Assembly (NCBI GenBank): GCA_029211065.1
Contig: JARGFK010000003.1
Location: 29,111 to 93,110 of the forward strand
Length of the DNA stretch: 64,000 nt
From: Desulfobacterales bacterium
Lineage (GTDB): Bacteria > Desulfobacterota > Desulfobacteria > Desulfobacterales > JARGFK01
Direction of reading: 5' to 3'
The position numbers and the translations under genes were made by a program. How positions within the stretch are numbered: position 1 is the stretch's first letter; each line of letters opens with the position of its first letter. Under the pieces are notes generated by a model. The model saw only the letters and a program-made list of their open reading frames with translations, was not told the DNA's origin and did not search any database. Below are positions 18,991 through 29,157 of the stretch, piece after piece.

Positions 18991-20193
18991 TTATTTACAC
19001 TCAACAACGAACAACTCAACACGGCGATCCAGCGCGTCGCTGTCATCGTCCGTGCCGGTTCCAACGATATTTTCGCTGAATCCCTTGCCGACGATTTCGG
19101 AGCGTTGAAACACTTCAGGAAAATATTTTTGTAAAAGGGCCTGAACGCTTTTTGCCCGTTCCAGGGAAAGTTTGTCGTTATATTCTTCAGATCCCGTGCG
19201 GCTGGAATGGCCGACAATTTTCAGGCAAGTGTTCGTTTGATGAAAATATTTTCCGATATTGCGGATCCAGGTTTGATATCTGTCTGCCAGGGTTTTATCC
19301 TTCAGGAATTCAACGGAATTGACGCCGAACAAATACTTGACGGTAAAACTGCGATATTTTTCAGCGCTGATGGCAACCAGTCTGCTAAACGCCTTTTCCG
19401 CTTCTTCCAAACGGCCCAATTTATAATTCGCAAGGTATAAACCGGCATAGGTGTCCATACGCTGGCCGTCTTTTCGTCCGGCCGCCATCCGGAATAATGA
19501 TTCAGCCCCTTCGTAATTGCCGTTTTCATAGGCCATGCGTCCTTCTATTAGGATGGCCGTCGTTTCAAGTGAGGTATCGATAAAATTTTCATCCCGGAGG
19601 ATTTGCGGGGTTTTATCAGGTGTGGGCAAACGGCTTCCCTTTAAATAGAGAGGACTGTCGCGATATATGGGTGTCGGCACTACGTTGATGTCAAGATCAG
19701 CGATCCAGCGGCTTGATTTTCCGATAATTTTTTTGTCCTTTAATCGCGTGACCTCGCCGTGAGCGCGATAATATTTTTGGACTTTTTCGTCATGTTTACC
19801 CGGGTAAAGATCCATCCGGAGAGTTCCGCTTATAATGTAATCGATCTGGCTGATGTTTTTGGAGGTGAGCCGGGCCAACTCGAAACCTTTAAATTTTTGC
19901 GAGCCTTCGGTGATAAAGATGGTTTCGATCTGCCGGCTGACTTGCGGCACCTCATCGGTGTCAGCATCGGCAAAGGGTATGAGCATGACATGGATTTTGT
20001 CTTTACCAGTTGAATCCGGCCGGTCTGCCTTGATCCGGGCCAGCAGATCACCTGCCAGAGCCGAAATCGCTTCTTCGAAGGGAGCAGGCGGCTCAATCGG
20101 CTGCGGCGGTTTTGAGAAGATGGCGCATGATGTCAGCACAGACCATCCCAATGCAATGATGACACATCCCACCAATGAATTCATGCGGCGCAT
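18991..20193 (-). CDS. OmpA-family lipoprotein with a TPR-like middle part
   Basis: N-terminal ...VLTSC lipobox. The C-terminus, GHSSRTGSEEYNDKLSLERAKSV...DALDRRVEL, is an OmpA_C-like peptidoglycan-binding domain. Confidence 0.8.
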   Translation of the reverse strand: MRRMNSLVGCVIIALGWSVLTSCAIFSKPPQPIEPPAPFEEAISALAGDLLARIKADRPDSTGKDKIHVMLIPFADADTDEVPQVSRQIETIFITEGSQKFKGFELARLTSKNISQIDYIISGTLRMDLYPGKHDEKVQKYYRAHGEVTRLKDKKIIGKSSRWIADLDINVVPTPIYRDSPLYLKGSRLPTPDKTPQILRDENFIDTSLETTAILIEGRMAYENGNYEGAESLFRMAAGRKDGQRMDTYAGLYLANYKLGRLEEAEKAFSRLVAISAEKYRSFTVKYLFGVNSVEFLKDKTLADRYQTWIRNIGKYFHQTNTCLKIVGHSSRTGSEEYNDKLSLERAKSVQALLQKYFPEVFQRSEIVGKGFSENIVGTGTDDDSDALDRRVELFVVECK

Positions 20194-20379
20194 GTCAATT
20201 TTACCTCCTTAATCAGGATGCCGGTGCTGATTGAGAGTGAATAAAGCAGATATTTCAATTTCAAAAAAATGAGCTAAAAAGAAGCAATTTTCGAAAGGCA
20301 TTCATGTGTCTTGACGGAATATCATTACCAAAGGCGACCGCGGTTGTCAATCCACGCACGGAAGCGCCGGGGTGCAATG

Positions 20380-20408
20380 TTGATATTTGCCGGGCTCTGG
20401 GTTATAAG
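20380..20408 (+). promoter_or_regulatory. Candidate sigma-70 promoter for the moxR operon
   Basis: TTGATA (20380-20385), 17-nt spacer, TATAAG (20403-20408). Confidence 0.4.
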
Positions 20409-20513
20409 GAACATATGAATAGAACTTAATCATAATCCCATTTGATGCCTGACCGTCCTGCTAAAGACGGGATTTCAGGGAAAATAGCGAAACGACCGAC
20501 AAGATATACATTC

Positions 20514-21428
20514 ATGCAAAGCGAATTTGAATCAATCGTTGACAACATCGGCAAGGTGGTTTTGGGAAAAGAGCCCCAGATTCGATTGGCGCTTACCTGT
20601 TTGTTTTCAGGCGGGCACCTGCTGATCGAAGACCGCCCGGGGATTGGAAAAACGATGTTGGCCAAAGTGTTGTCCAGATGCCTGAATCTCAAATTCAGGC
20701 GCATCCAGTGCACCAACGACATGCTGCCCGGCGACATTTTAGGGATTTCCGTGTTCGACCGCAACAGCAGCGCTTTTATTTTTCATCCGGGACCGATATT
20801 TACCCAGGTGTTGCTTGCCGATGAAATCAACCGGGCGACGCCGAAAACCCAGAGCGCTCTTCTGGAAGCCATGGAAGAGCGGCAGGTGACCATTGACGGA
20901 AAGACCCGTCCGTTGGAAGATCCCTTCTTTGTGATCGCCACCCAAAATCCCCTTGAGCAATCGGGAACCTTTCCGCTGCCGGAGTCCCAACTCGATCGGT
21001 TTCTGATGCGAATTGACCTGGGGTATCCGGACCGCAAAGCAGAAAAAAGACTGCTGCAACATGGAGAGACGAAAGATATCCTTGCCAATATGACGCCCTG
21101 TTTGCAATCCGCGGGCGTCTCTGAAATCCAGGAAAAAATAAAACAGGTTCACCATTCCGATGCCCTGCTGGAGTATGTTCAGAACGTATTGGACTTTACG
21201 CGGACATCGCCCCATTTTCATATGGGGCTTTCGCCCCGGGCCGGACTTGCCGTTTTAAGGGCGGCCGCAACATGGGCGTTTCTGGACGGCCGGGACCATA
21301 CCCTGCCGGAAGATGTGCAGCATATCCTGCCCTGGGTTGCCGGGCACCGGTTGCGTTCCAGTGAAGACCTCATGGAATATCCACGGGGCCGGCTGATTTC
21401 TCTGATAAAAAGCGTACCCATACCCTGA
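20514..21428 (+). CDS. MoxR-family AAA+ ATPase
   Basis: GKEPQIRLALTCLFSGGHLLIEDRPGIGKT (Walker A), LLADEINRA (Walker B), ATQNP. Alternative starts at 20442 and 20445 cannot be excluded. Confidence 0.85.
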   Translation: MQSEFESIVDNIGKVVLGKEPQIRLALTCLFSGGHLLIEDRPGIGKTMLAKVLSRCLNLKFRRIQCTNDMLPGDILGISVFDRNSSAFIFHPGPIFTQVLLADEINRATPKTQSALLEAMEERQVTIDGKTRPLEDPFFVIATQNPLEQSGTFPLPESQLDRFLMRIDLGYPDRKAEKRLLQHGETKDILANMTPCLQSAGVSEIQEKIKQVHHSDALLEYVQNVLDFTRTSPHFHMGLSPRAGLAVLRAAATWAFLDGRDHTLPEDVQHILPWVAGHRLRSSEDLMEYPRGRLISLIKSVPIP

Positions 21429-22339
21429 TGCAAGCATATACCATCCGCGGAAAAGGAATTCGATTCCGCCCCACCGGCTATGGCGTTCTTTTTGGCGTCG
21501 TGGTGGCCGCCATGACGCTGGGTTCGGTGAATTACAACAATAACCTGGGGCTGCTGCTGGCCTTTTTGCTGGGCGCCATGGCCATGGCCTCTTTACTCTA
21601 TACCTACAAAAATATCACGGGCCTTCAAATTCTATCAATGGCCGCCCGGCCGGTATTTGCCGGAGAAACCGCTGTGTATGAATTGCAGGTTTGTGCCGAA
21701 GCGCTCCCCAACCGGTCGATCTTGTTTTCATTTAAGCAATCCGAGGAAACCTGTCAGGATATGATTACCCGTTTGCCCCGGCGCTTGTCCCTCCGCATTC
21801 CGGCAGATCAACGGGGCTGGCATAACCCCGGAGCCTTGCGGGTTGAAACCCGATACCCGTTCGGCCTTTTCCGGTCGATCATGGATATATCGCTCAATAT
21901 CCATTGCCTGGTGTATCCCAAACCTATTTCAGATTCTTTCAGCACGGCTCAGAATTACGCTTTATCCGGAAGCGAAGGGGGGAAGGAGCTTTCGGGGATG
22001 GATGATTTCAAGGGACTGCAACCCTACCTGCCCGGAGAGCCGGTGGAGCATATTTATTGGAAAGCCTTTTCAAGAGGGCAGGGACTCCAGATTAAACAAT
22101 TTGTCGAACCTGCCGGCACGGTGATTGTTTTTGACTGGAATTCAATCAAAAGCGCCGATGTTGAGCATAAACTCTCCCGGTTGTGTGATGCCGTACTGAA
22201 AGCCCATCGGTTCAACCTGTTTTACGGGCTTAACCTGCCGGGAAAATCGATTCCACCCGATGTCGGCAACACCCATCGCCGGAACTGTCTCAAAGCGCTG
22301 GCGCTGTTCCAAACATCCGTTAGCCCGGATATTTCATGA
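21428..22339 (+). CDS. DUF58 domain protein (MoxR partner)
   Basis: Two N-terminal TM segments. DDFKGLQPYLPGEPVEHIYWKAFSRG is the DUF58 core motif. TGATG overlap with moxR. Confidence 0.8.
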   Translation: MQAYTIRGKGIRFRPTGYGVLFGVVVAAMTLGSVNYNNNLGLLLAFLLGAMAMASLLYTYKNITGLQILSMAARPVFAGETAVYELQVCAEALPNRSILFSFKQSEETCQDMITRLPRRLSLRIPADQRGWHNPGALRVETRYPFGLFRSIMDISLNIHCLVYPKPISDSFSTAQNYALSGSEGGKELSGMDDFKGLQPYLPGEPVEHIYWKAFSRGQGLQIKQFVEPAGTVIVFDWNSIKSADVEHKLSRLCDAVLKAHRFNLFYGLNLPGKSIPPDVGNTHRRNCLKALALFQTSVSPDIS

Positions 22340-24309
22340 AAATGCCCGATAAAGATATCCCCGCCATTCTTGCGGCACTCGTTATTGCTGTTATTCCTTA
22401 CTGGGTGAGGCTCCCGATCTGGATCACCCTCTGGTGCCTGTTTTTCTGGGGATATGCCTTCCAGACAACCTGTCGCAACCGGCAGATGCCGAAACCGTGG
22501 TTGCGACAGACGCTGATTCCGTTGGGCCTGTTGGGGGTTTTATTTTCTTATGACTGGGCGCTGGCCGGGGACACCTTTGTCGGTATGCTTGCCATCATGG
22601 TATCCTTAAAACCATTGGAAATAAGGACCTATCGAGACAAAATGATAACGGTCTTTCTGTCTTATGCCGTCATCCTGACCCATCTGCTGTTTGACAATTC
22701 ATTTTTTACCGCACTCCATATGCTGGTGAGTGTTTGCATTACCACGGCGGTCCTTATCCACATCAACCACACCATCGCCGGGGTGTCGGCCAATCTGAAG
22801 CTTTCCGCCCGGATCATGATCCAGGCTTTTCCCCTGACCATCGCCCTGTTCATTCTGTTCCCCCGGATTCAGGGGCACTTTTGGGGCGTTTTCAATCCGG
22901 CAGCGGAAAGGACAGGATTTTCCGAGCGGTTGTCTCCGGGAGATATCAGCAGCCTTGCCCAAGACAATGCGATAGCGTTCCGGGTTGATTTTCATGGCGA
23001 CATCCCGGCACCGGACCACCTGTATTGGCGCGGTATTGTATTTTGGTACTTCACGGGTCAGAGCTGGGAGCGGGGGAACAGGGCGCCCACTCGCCAAGCG
23101 TACTTTCCAGGGACTGAAACCGTACAATACACGATTTCCCTGGAACCGCACCATAAACGCTGGTGGTTTGCACTGGATCTGCCGGAATTTGCACCGCGGC
23201 AGGTCCGCCTGCTCGATGATTTTACACTGACCTCGTGGCGGCGCGTAACAGTGCGAACGGTCTACACCCTCCGCTCCCATAGGACGTACCATACCGGACC
23301 GTTGCGATATTGGGAGGCGGCCGCGCTGGAGCTTCCGCCCCAGGGAAATCCGAGGGCCAGAGCGCTGGCGCAAGACTGGCGGCGTCAGAACCGAGAACCC
23401 GAAGCAATCGTTGCAAACGCCCTGTCATTTTTAAAGGAAAATGGATTCAGCTACACCCTCAGACCGACCCCGCTGGAAGGCGACAGCATCGATGATTTTC
23501 TATTTCGGACCCGAAACGGATACTGTGAACACTTCGCATCTGCTTTCGCTTTTCTGATGCGGGCAGCCCAAATACCCGCAAGGATTGTCGGCGGATATCT
23601 CGGCGGCGAGCGGAATCCATTCGGCAATTATCTGATCGTTCGTCAGTCGGACGCCCATGCCTGGGTGGAAGTCTGGCTGCCGAAAACCGGGTGGACCCGG
23701 ATTGATCCGACATCCGTGATAGCTCCTGCAAGGGTTCAGCAGGGTTCAGCCGCCGCCCTCCCGCCGGCCGAAAGACCGATTTACCTGTCTTCGCAGTATC
23801 TGGCTGCGCTGTATCGCTACTGGAAGCCCGTTCAATTCGCCTGGGACCGGGCGAATATCGGCTGGAACCTCCTGGTTATCGGGTATTCCCGCAGCCAGCA
23901 GCGGGAACTGCTTACGAGCGGGGATTTAATGGGCGCGCCGATCAAGAGAATATTGATCGGGCTCTTGATCCTTTCAGCCGCGATTGCCATGGGGGTATGG
24001 GTGTTTTTCCGGGGTTTAAGAAAATCCGGACCGCTCCAAACCGATAGGGTGCAGCGGGCCTATGAGGTATTCTGTCAAAAGCTTGCCCGGACAATCCGCC
24101 CCAGGCGACCGGCCCAGGGACCCATCGATTATGCCCGGCAGGTCGCCGGCCAAAGAGCGGATCTGGCGGAACGCGTAGCTGAAATCACCGGGCTTTATGT
24201 GCGGCTCAGATACGGGCGCGGCGGAAATGAACGGGATGAAAAACGGTTGCAGACGCTAGTCAAAGGATTTAAGCCCGATAAAATATATCGGACCAATCAC
24301 CCGAATTAA
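22336..24309 (+). CDS. Transglutaminase-domain membrane protein (TgpA-like: DUF3488, TGase core, DUF4129)
   Basis: Multi-TM N-terminus. NGYCEHFASAFAFLMRAAQIPARIVGGY...DAHAWVEVW is the Cys-His-Asp TGase core. ATGA overlap with the DUF58 gene. Confidence 0.85.
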   Translation: MKMPDKDIPAILAALVIAVIPYWVRLPIWITLWCLFFWGYAFQTTCRNRQMPKPWLRQTLIPLGLLGVLFSYDWALAGDTFVGMLAIMVSLKPLEIRTYRDKMITVFLSYAVILTHLLFDNSFFTALHMLVSVCITTAVLIHINHTIAGVSANLKLSARIMIQAFPLTIALFILFPRIQGHFWGVFNPAAERTGFSERLSPGDISSLAQDNAIAFRVDFHGDIPAPDHLYWRGIVFWYFTGQSWERGNRAPTRQAYFPGTETVQYTISLEPHHKRWWFALDLPEFAPRQVRLLDDFTLTSWRRVTVRTVYTLRSHRTYHTGPLRYWEAAALELPPQGNPRARALAQDWRRQNREPEAIVANALSFLKENGFSYTLRPTPLEGDSIDDFLFRTRNGYCEHFASAFAFLMRAAQIPARIVGGYLGGERNPFGNYLIVRQSDAHAWVEVWLPKTGWTRIDPTSVIAPARVQQGSAAALPPAERPIYLSSQYLAALYRYWKPVQFAWDRANIGWNLLVIGYSRSQQRELLTSGDLMGAPIKRILIGLLILSAAIAMGVWVFFRGLRKSGPLQTDRVQRAYEVFCQKLARTIRPRRPAQGPIDYARQVAGQRADLAERVAEITGLYVRLRYGRGGNERDEKRLQTLVKGFKPDKIYRTNHPN

Positions 24310-24554
24310 GGTTGTTTGCTCGACTGTCGAATGAAAGACTTGGTTTTTAGTGACTGTAAAGGCGAATAGAATCTTGTTATTAGGAATTGTTTGTGGATAT
24401 ATTGAGATGATATGGCTATATTAGAGGGGGTGTACAACGGTTCTGTTGTAAAACAAATTTGTTGGATGTACACAGGCAGCAACAACCGATCATTCAGAAG
24501 CAAAGTACCCGACGCCTAGGATTTGCATTGAAGCCGGGAGAACACAGGTAAGAA

Positions 24555-25349
24555 ATGGCACGCTTTAAACTCATTATTGAATATGACGGATCACCCTATC
24601 ACGGCTGGCAGTTTCAGAAGAACAAGCCCACGGTGATGGGGGTTCTCATGAATGCCTGCAAATCGACCCTCGGGGTCGGCGCGTTTGAATTATACGGTGC
24701 CGGTCGCACCGATGCCGGTGTTCATGCCATGGCCCAGGTCGCCCACCTGGATGTTCAAACCCGCCTTCAGCCCGATGTCCTTTGCATGCGCCTCAACGAC
24801 GCCCTGCCGGCTACCGTCAACATCCTTTCCGCTGCAACGGCGGATTCAAAGTTTCATGCCCGCTACGATGCCACGGCGCGCAGCTATGTATATCATGTTG
24901 CCACCCGCCGAACGGCGTTTGCAAAAAAATATGCCTACTGGGTCAAGGACACCCTCGATATAGCGGCAATGGAGCGGGTCTGCCATCTGTTTGAAGGGAT
25001 GCATGATTTTAAATCGTTCGGCAACATCCTTGACGAAAAGCAGTCAACCCGTGTGCATGTTTATCATGTGGCGGTTCAGAAAAAAGGTGCTTCCCTCCTC
25101 ATCCATATTGTGGGCTCTCATTTTTTGTGGAAAATGGTGCGGCGCGTGGTGGGCGTCCTGATTGCGAGCGGGCGGGGCGCCATGGGCGCTAAAGATATCC
25201 GGCGTTTTCTTAAGGCAAATGACCCTGAACCGGCCAAGCACACCGTGCCGCCGGCCGGTTTGTTTCTTGAGCGGGTATATTATGGAGAGCTGCCCCCGGA
25301 TTTCAGTCCGGTCCTGCCGATGGTGATTCCCGAATGGCGAGATTCCTAA
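24555..25349 (+). CDS. truA: tRNA pseudouridine(38-40) synthase
   Basis: MARFKLIIEYDGSPYHGWQFQ...GAGRTDAGVHA... Confidence 0.9.
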   Translation: MARFKLIIEYDGSPYHGWQFQKNKPTVMGVLMNACKSTLGVGAFELYGAGRTDAGVHAMAQVAHLDVQTRLQPDVLCMRLNDALPATVNILSAATADSKFHARYDATARSYVYHVATRRTAFAKKYAYWVKDTLDIAAMERVCHLFEGMHDFKSFGNILDEKQSTRVHVYHVAVQKKGASLLIHIVGSHFLWKMVRRVVGVLIASGRGAMGAKDIRRFLKANDPEPAKHTVPPAGLFLERVYYGELPPDFSPVLPMVIPEWRDS

Positions 25350-26191
25350 TCGATCTTTAAACCGGATTCCAGCAGAATGGGCCGCAGATAGGAAAGACTT
25401 TTCCGTCCGGCTTCCTCGGGGATATCCACATAGGGGTATAGCTCCAGGCTGATGTCGCCCTGGTAGCCCAGCCGGGCCATGGTTTTAAAAACGTCCGGAA
25501 ACGCGATGGCGCCCTGGCCGGCGATGAGGTGGTTGTGGCTGCGGTCGGGCGCGATATCTTCAACATGTACATGGCCGACCCACTGGAAAAGCGTTTCAAA
25601 CGCCCGGCCGGGATCTTCACCGGCGCAGAAAAAATGGCCGATATCAAAATTGATCCCCACCGCCGCAGATTGAACGTCTTTAATGAAGTCCAGGAATTCA
25701 CGGGTATTTTCCAAAAGCAGGCGCGGTTCCGGTTCCACCAGGATTTTCACGTCCAGCGATTCCGCCAGGGGAACAACTTTTTCAAGGCCCCGGTAAAACC
25801 GGGCCATGGCGATTTTTCTGGATATGCCGTCCAGGGGGCCGCCGGGGGGAACGGATATGTTTTTACAGTTCAGATAGTCCGCAATTTTCAAACAGGCGCG
25901 GGTGTGTCGGATGCGGGTTTTGCGGCGTTCTTTTTCAGGTTCGATCCATGACGGCAGATAGGTGTCGCCCACGGCAAAGAGGGTAAAGCTGTTGAGATTG
26001 GTTACCGTGAGGCTGTTATCGTCCAGGACCCCTTTGAGACGGGCAAGATCAGCTTCGTTAAAATCCGGTGGATAGAGGTGGGGCCTGTCCGCCATGATTT
26101 CAACCGCCCTGAAGTCCAGCCCGGCGATTTTTTGTATTGCTTCGGGGAGTGAGAACTTTACAAAGGCATTGGTACTGTATCCGAATCGCAT
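25346..26191 (-). CDS. Sugar phosphate isomerase/epimerase (xylose-isomerase-like TIM barrel)
   Basis: MRFGYSTNAF..., VEPEP and FDIGHF.. motifs of the AP_endonuc_2 fold. Confidence 0.75.
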   Translation of the reverse strand: MRFGYSTNAFVKFSLPEAIQKIAGLDFRAVEIMADRPHLYPPDFNEADLARLKGVLDDNSLTVTNLNSFTLFAVGDTYLPSWIEPEKERRKTRIRHTRACLKIADYLNCKNISVPPGGPLDGISRKIAMARFYRGLEKVVPLAESLDVKILVEPEPRLLLENTREFLDFIKDVQSAAVGINFDIGHFFCAGEDPGRAFETLFQWVGHVHVEDIAPDRSHNHLIAGQGAIAFPDVFKTMARLGYQGDISLELYPYVDIPEEAGRKSLSYLRPILLESGLKID

Positions 26192-26258
26192 GCTATTTTC
26201 CTTATTGGAGCCGTAATTTTTCTATGAACGGGCCAGGTAATCCGCCTGCAGTCAGCGG

Positions 26259-27443
26259 TTATTTATTAATGGCGGAATCGCCAAGGAGCCGCTGATCGCA
26301 GGCCTGCCGTAAGCGGTCTAAACCCATCATCTGATCCTGGAAAGTGACCGGACCATTCTCGCCGACCGGTTTTTTAAAATAAAAACCCAAGTCCGGGACA
26401 GGGCCGGCAAACCCGGCCAGCTTTAATGCGGCCATCCAGCGCGCCAGATCCAGCACCAGCGGGGCTGCCAGAACAGAGTCCCGACCCAGCAGGTTCAGCC
26501 GCAGGCTCATGGGCAGCCCGAAGATGCCGGAAAAGTCGATGACATCCCAGGCCTCCTTGGCATCGCCCCGGGGGGGATAGTAATCGATATGTACCTTGTG
26601 GGAAGACCCGCCGTATTTTGCGCCCACCGGATATCCCAGGATTTCTTCCAGCACTTCAGTTTTATTGGCCATTTTGCCGGATGCCCGCTCCGGGTCCATC
26701 AGGTTTCTGCCGTCTTCGTTTCCCAGGATGTTCAGGCTGTACCATCCGTCAACAACCAGTTTGCGGGCCTTGAGGGCGGAGGCCAGGACCACCTTCAGAT
26801 ACGTCTGACCGGTCTTTCCGTCCCGGCCGGATATCGGTACGCCTCTTTTTTCGGCCTCATCCAGAATCACGGGAACTTCCAGATCATTGGGGGTAAAGTT
26901 GACCACCGGGACATCGCAACGGATTGCGGCCAGCAGGTAGGCAATGTCCGGGCACATGACCGGGTCTGCCTTGGCCAGCAGGCGTTCCAAACTGACATGG
27001 CGGTAAAGATCCGTCTGGAATCCGGCCGGGAGCAGGTTGATGAAAACCGGCAGTGCGTGCGGAAAGTTATTTTTATACCTCTGGATGTCGGCTTGCAGAA
27101 GTTCGACCTGTTCTGCAAGTCCCAGATCGGAGGAAGGGGCCGGCTGCAGCGGAATCTCTTCGATCATGGTTTGAGAAAGCTTCCAAAGGTGTTCGGGTAT
27201 AATCCCCTGGGATGTAATGGACTGGAGCAGGGTTCCGGGCTGTTTATCCCATCCGGCGAAGTGGACGGCCTGGGGCGGGCCTATGTAGGGGAACAGGTCG
27301 GCCGTCATCAAACCGGGCAGCACCGATTCAGGCTGTTGCTGCAAGGCAGCGACAGCGACGGCCAGGGTGGAGGCAACCGCCCCTTTGGCGCCGGCAACCA
27401 GCAGCAGGAGTGATCGCGACGTCTCGTCATTCCGTTTTGTCAT
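26259..27443 (-). CDS. myo-Inositol-1-phosphate synthase-family (NAD-dependent) enzyme
   Basis: LLLLVAGAKGAVAST (NAD site), SGRDGKTGQTYLKVVLASAL, GWYSLNILGNEDGRNL and DYYPPRGDAKEAWD resemble the bacterial/archaeal MIPS family. Confidence 0.65.
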   Translation of the reverse strand: MTKRNDETSRSLLLLVAGAKGAVASTLAVAVAALQQQPESVLPGLMTADLFPYIGPPQAVHFAGWDKQPGTLLQSITSQGIIPEHLWKLSQTMIEEIPLQPAPSSDLGLAEQVELLQADIQRYKNNFPHALPVFINLLPAGFQTDLYRHVSLERLLAKADPVMCPDIAYLLAAIRCDVPVVNFTPNDLEVPVILDEAEKRGVPISGRDGKTGQTYLKVVLASALKARKLVVDGWYSLNILGNEDGRNLMDPERASGKMANKTEVLEEILGYPVGAKYGGSSHKVHIDYYPPRGDAKEAWDVIDFSGIFGLPMSLRLNLLGRDSVLAAPLVLDLARWMAALKLAGFAGPVPDLGFYFKKPVGENGPVTFQDQMMGLDRLRQACDQRLLGDSAINK

Positions 27444-27713
27444 CTCTGCAACCTTTCGAGAAGCTGCAGTCGTCTGGATCGCTGTCCAGCGCGCCTGCAG
27501 TGAAATGTATGTCCAAAAATCGTCTGACTATAGAGAAATGACTTCTGTGTGTCAAGTTCGGCAAAGCCGGGGGGCGATTTCAACCAGAAGCTATCTCAAA
27601 CACTATTTTTGAGCTGGCTTCTAAATGCAGGCTAAAAATTATGACGATGGATCGAATCAATCATCAACAACCATTCACAGGCAAGTCTTTTGCGATTATT
27701 GGGTTCGGGACGG

Positions 27714-28304
27714 TCACTGACCTGTAAGATGCTTGAACAGGGCGATGGATTTTTTTCCGTTCCACGGTCGGGAACCCAGTGCCATTCCCAGAATTTTTCC
27801 GTTTTTATCAATGATCAGGGTTGTGGGAAGGGCCCGTATGGCCATTTTTGTGGTGATTTTTCCGTTCGGATCTAAAAGTCCGATAAACGTCAGTTTATAC
27901 GAATCAAAAAATTTTTTAACGCGTTCGGCCGGCTCTTTCAGATTTATGGTGACCATGGCAAAGCTTTTGCTTTTAAACCGCGTGTGTAATTTTTCCATCG
28001 ACGGCATTTCAGTGCGACAATCCGGACACCAGGTGGCCCAAAAATTAAGAAACACCACTTTCCCCCTGAATTCAGAAAGCTGAATTTCTTTGCCTATAAA
28101 ATCATTTAAAATGATATCATCCGTGGACTCCGGAAAGGGGTATTGCTGAAATCCCATGTCACGCAGCAACTTGTCTGTTTTGCCGGATGGCGTTCCTGAA
28201 GCAAAAGGCCCATCAATTTCGGGCGAAAGCAGATGAAGGGCACTCCCGATCATTACTGTCAAAACCAAGAGCGGCAGGAGTCTATATAAAACAAAATTTT
28301 TCAT
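27714..28304 (-). CDS. TlpA/ResA-family periplasmic thiol:disulfide oxidoreductase
   Basis: Signal/anchor peptide plus FLNFWATWCPDC (CxxC). Confidence 0.85.
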   Translation of the reverse strand: MKNFVLYRLLPLLVLTVMIGSALHLLSPEIDGPFASGTPSGKTDKLLRDMGFQQYPFPESTDDIILNDFIGKEIQLSEFRGKVVFLNFWATWCPDCRTEMPSMEKLHTRFKSKSFAMVTINLKEPAERVKKFFDSYKLTFIGLLDPNGKITTKMAIRALPTTLIIDKNGKILGMALGSRPWNGKKSIALFKHLTGQ

Positions 28305-28413
28305 GGTTGCGATGATGTTTTTTTTAAAAAAATATTTTAATCAGAGTCGATTCATCGGAATTAAGTTGTTATATAATAAATTTTATACGGATTTGCAATT
28401 TCCCTATATAATA

Positions 28414-29148
28414 TCAGTTTAAACATGCAAATTGCCTATCCGGGTCGGGGGCGGGCGTCAAAACGTTCCGGAGTCGGTCTCCCTCAACCAGACGGCCGTC
28501 CGTCATAGTGAGTATCCGCCGGGCGTATTGTGCGCACGAGTGGCTGTGGGTAACCATAATAATCGTCATGCCGCCGCGGTTGAGCTTTAAAAGCAGCGCC
28601 ATGATTTCACCAGAGGTTTTCGTATCCAGGTTTCCGGTGGGTTCATCCGCCAGCAGGATCGGTGGTTCGTTTACAATCGCCCGGGCAATGGCCACCCGTT
28701 CCTTTTCTCCGCCGGATATCTGATTCGGCAGGCGATTCGCCTTATTGGACAGTCCCACACACGCCAAGGCTTCTTGCGCCATCTCTTTTTTCTGTTTTCC
28801 TTTGGTATTGACGATGGCCAGGGGCAGCATGACATTTTCGATGACCGTCAGATAGGAAACCAGATAAAAACTCTGAAATACAAACCCCAGAAATTCTCTG
28901 CGGAAGTCGGCTTGCTGCTCCTGCTTGAGGCTGTAAACATTGATGTCATCGACATGCAAACTTCCTGAAGTCGGTGCATTCATGGCGCCCATTATGGAAA
29001 GCAGGGTCGACTTGCCGGATCCGGACTCGCCCATCACCCCGACAAATTCGCCTGTTCTTATTTCAAAGCTCACGCCTCGCAGGGCCGGCACGACCGCGTC
29101 GCCGCTGCCGTATAATTTTACCAGATTTTCTGCTACAATATAACTCAT
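28414..29148 (-). CDS. ABC transporter ATP-binding protein (MacB/LolD/FtsE-like)
   Basis: GESGSGKST, LSGGEKERVAIARA, LLADEPTGNLD. Confidence 0.9.
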   Translation of the reverse strand: MSYIVAENLVKLYGSGDAVVPALRGVSFEIRTGEFVGVMGESGSGKSTLLSIMGAMNAPTSGSLHVDDINVYSLKQEQQADFRREFLGFVFQSFYLVSYLTVIENVMLPLAIVNTKGKQKKEMAQEALACVGLSNKANRLPNQISGGEKERVAIARAIVNEPPILLADEPTGNLDTKTSGEIMALLLKLNRGGMTIIMVTHSHSCAQYARRILTMTDGRLVEGDRLRNVLTPAPDPDRQFACLN

Positions 29149-29157
29149 AAGCGCCTC

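Noticed and set aside
24306-24503. 65-aa minus-strand ORF in the truA upstream region
   Set aside because: It has no RBS or recognisable motif and lies in an AT-rich promoter-like region.
26589-27413. 274-aa plus-strand ORF
   Set aside because: Shadow frame opposite the MIPS-family gene.
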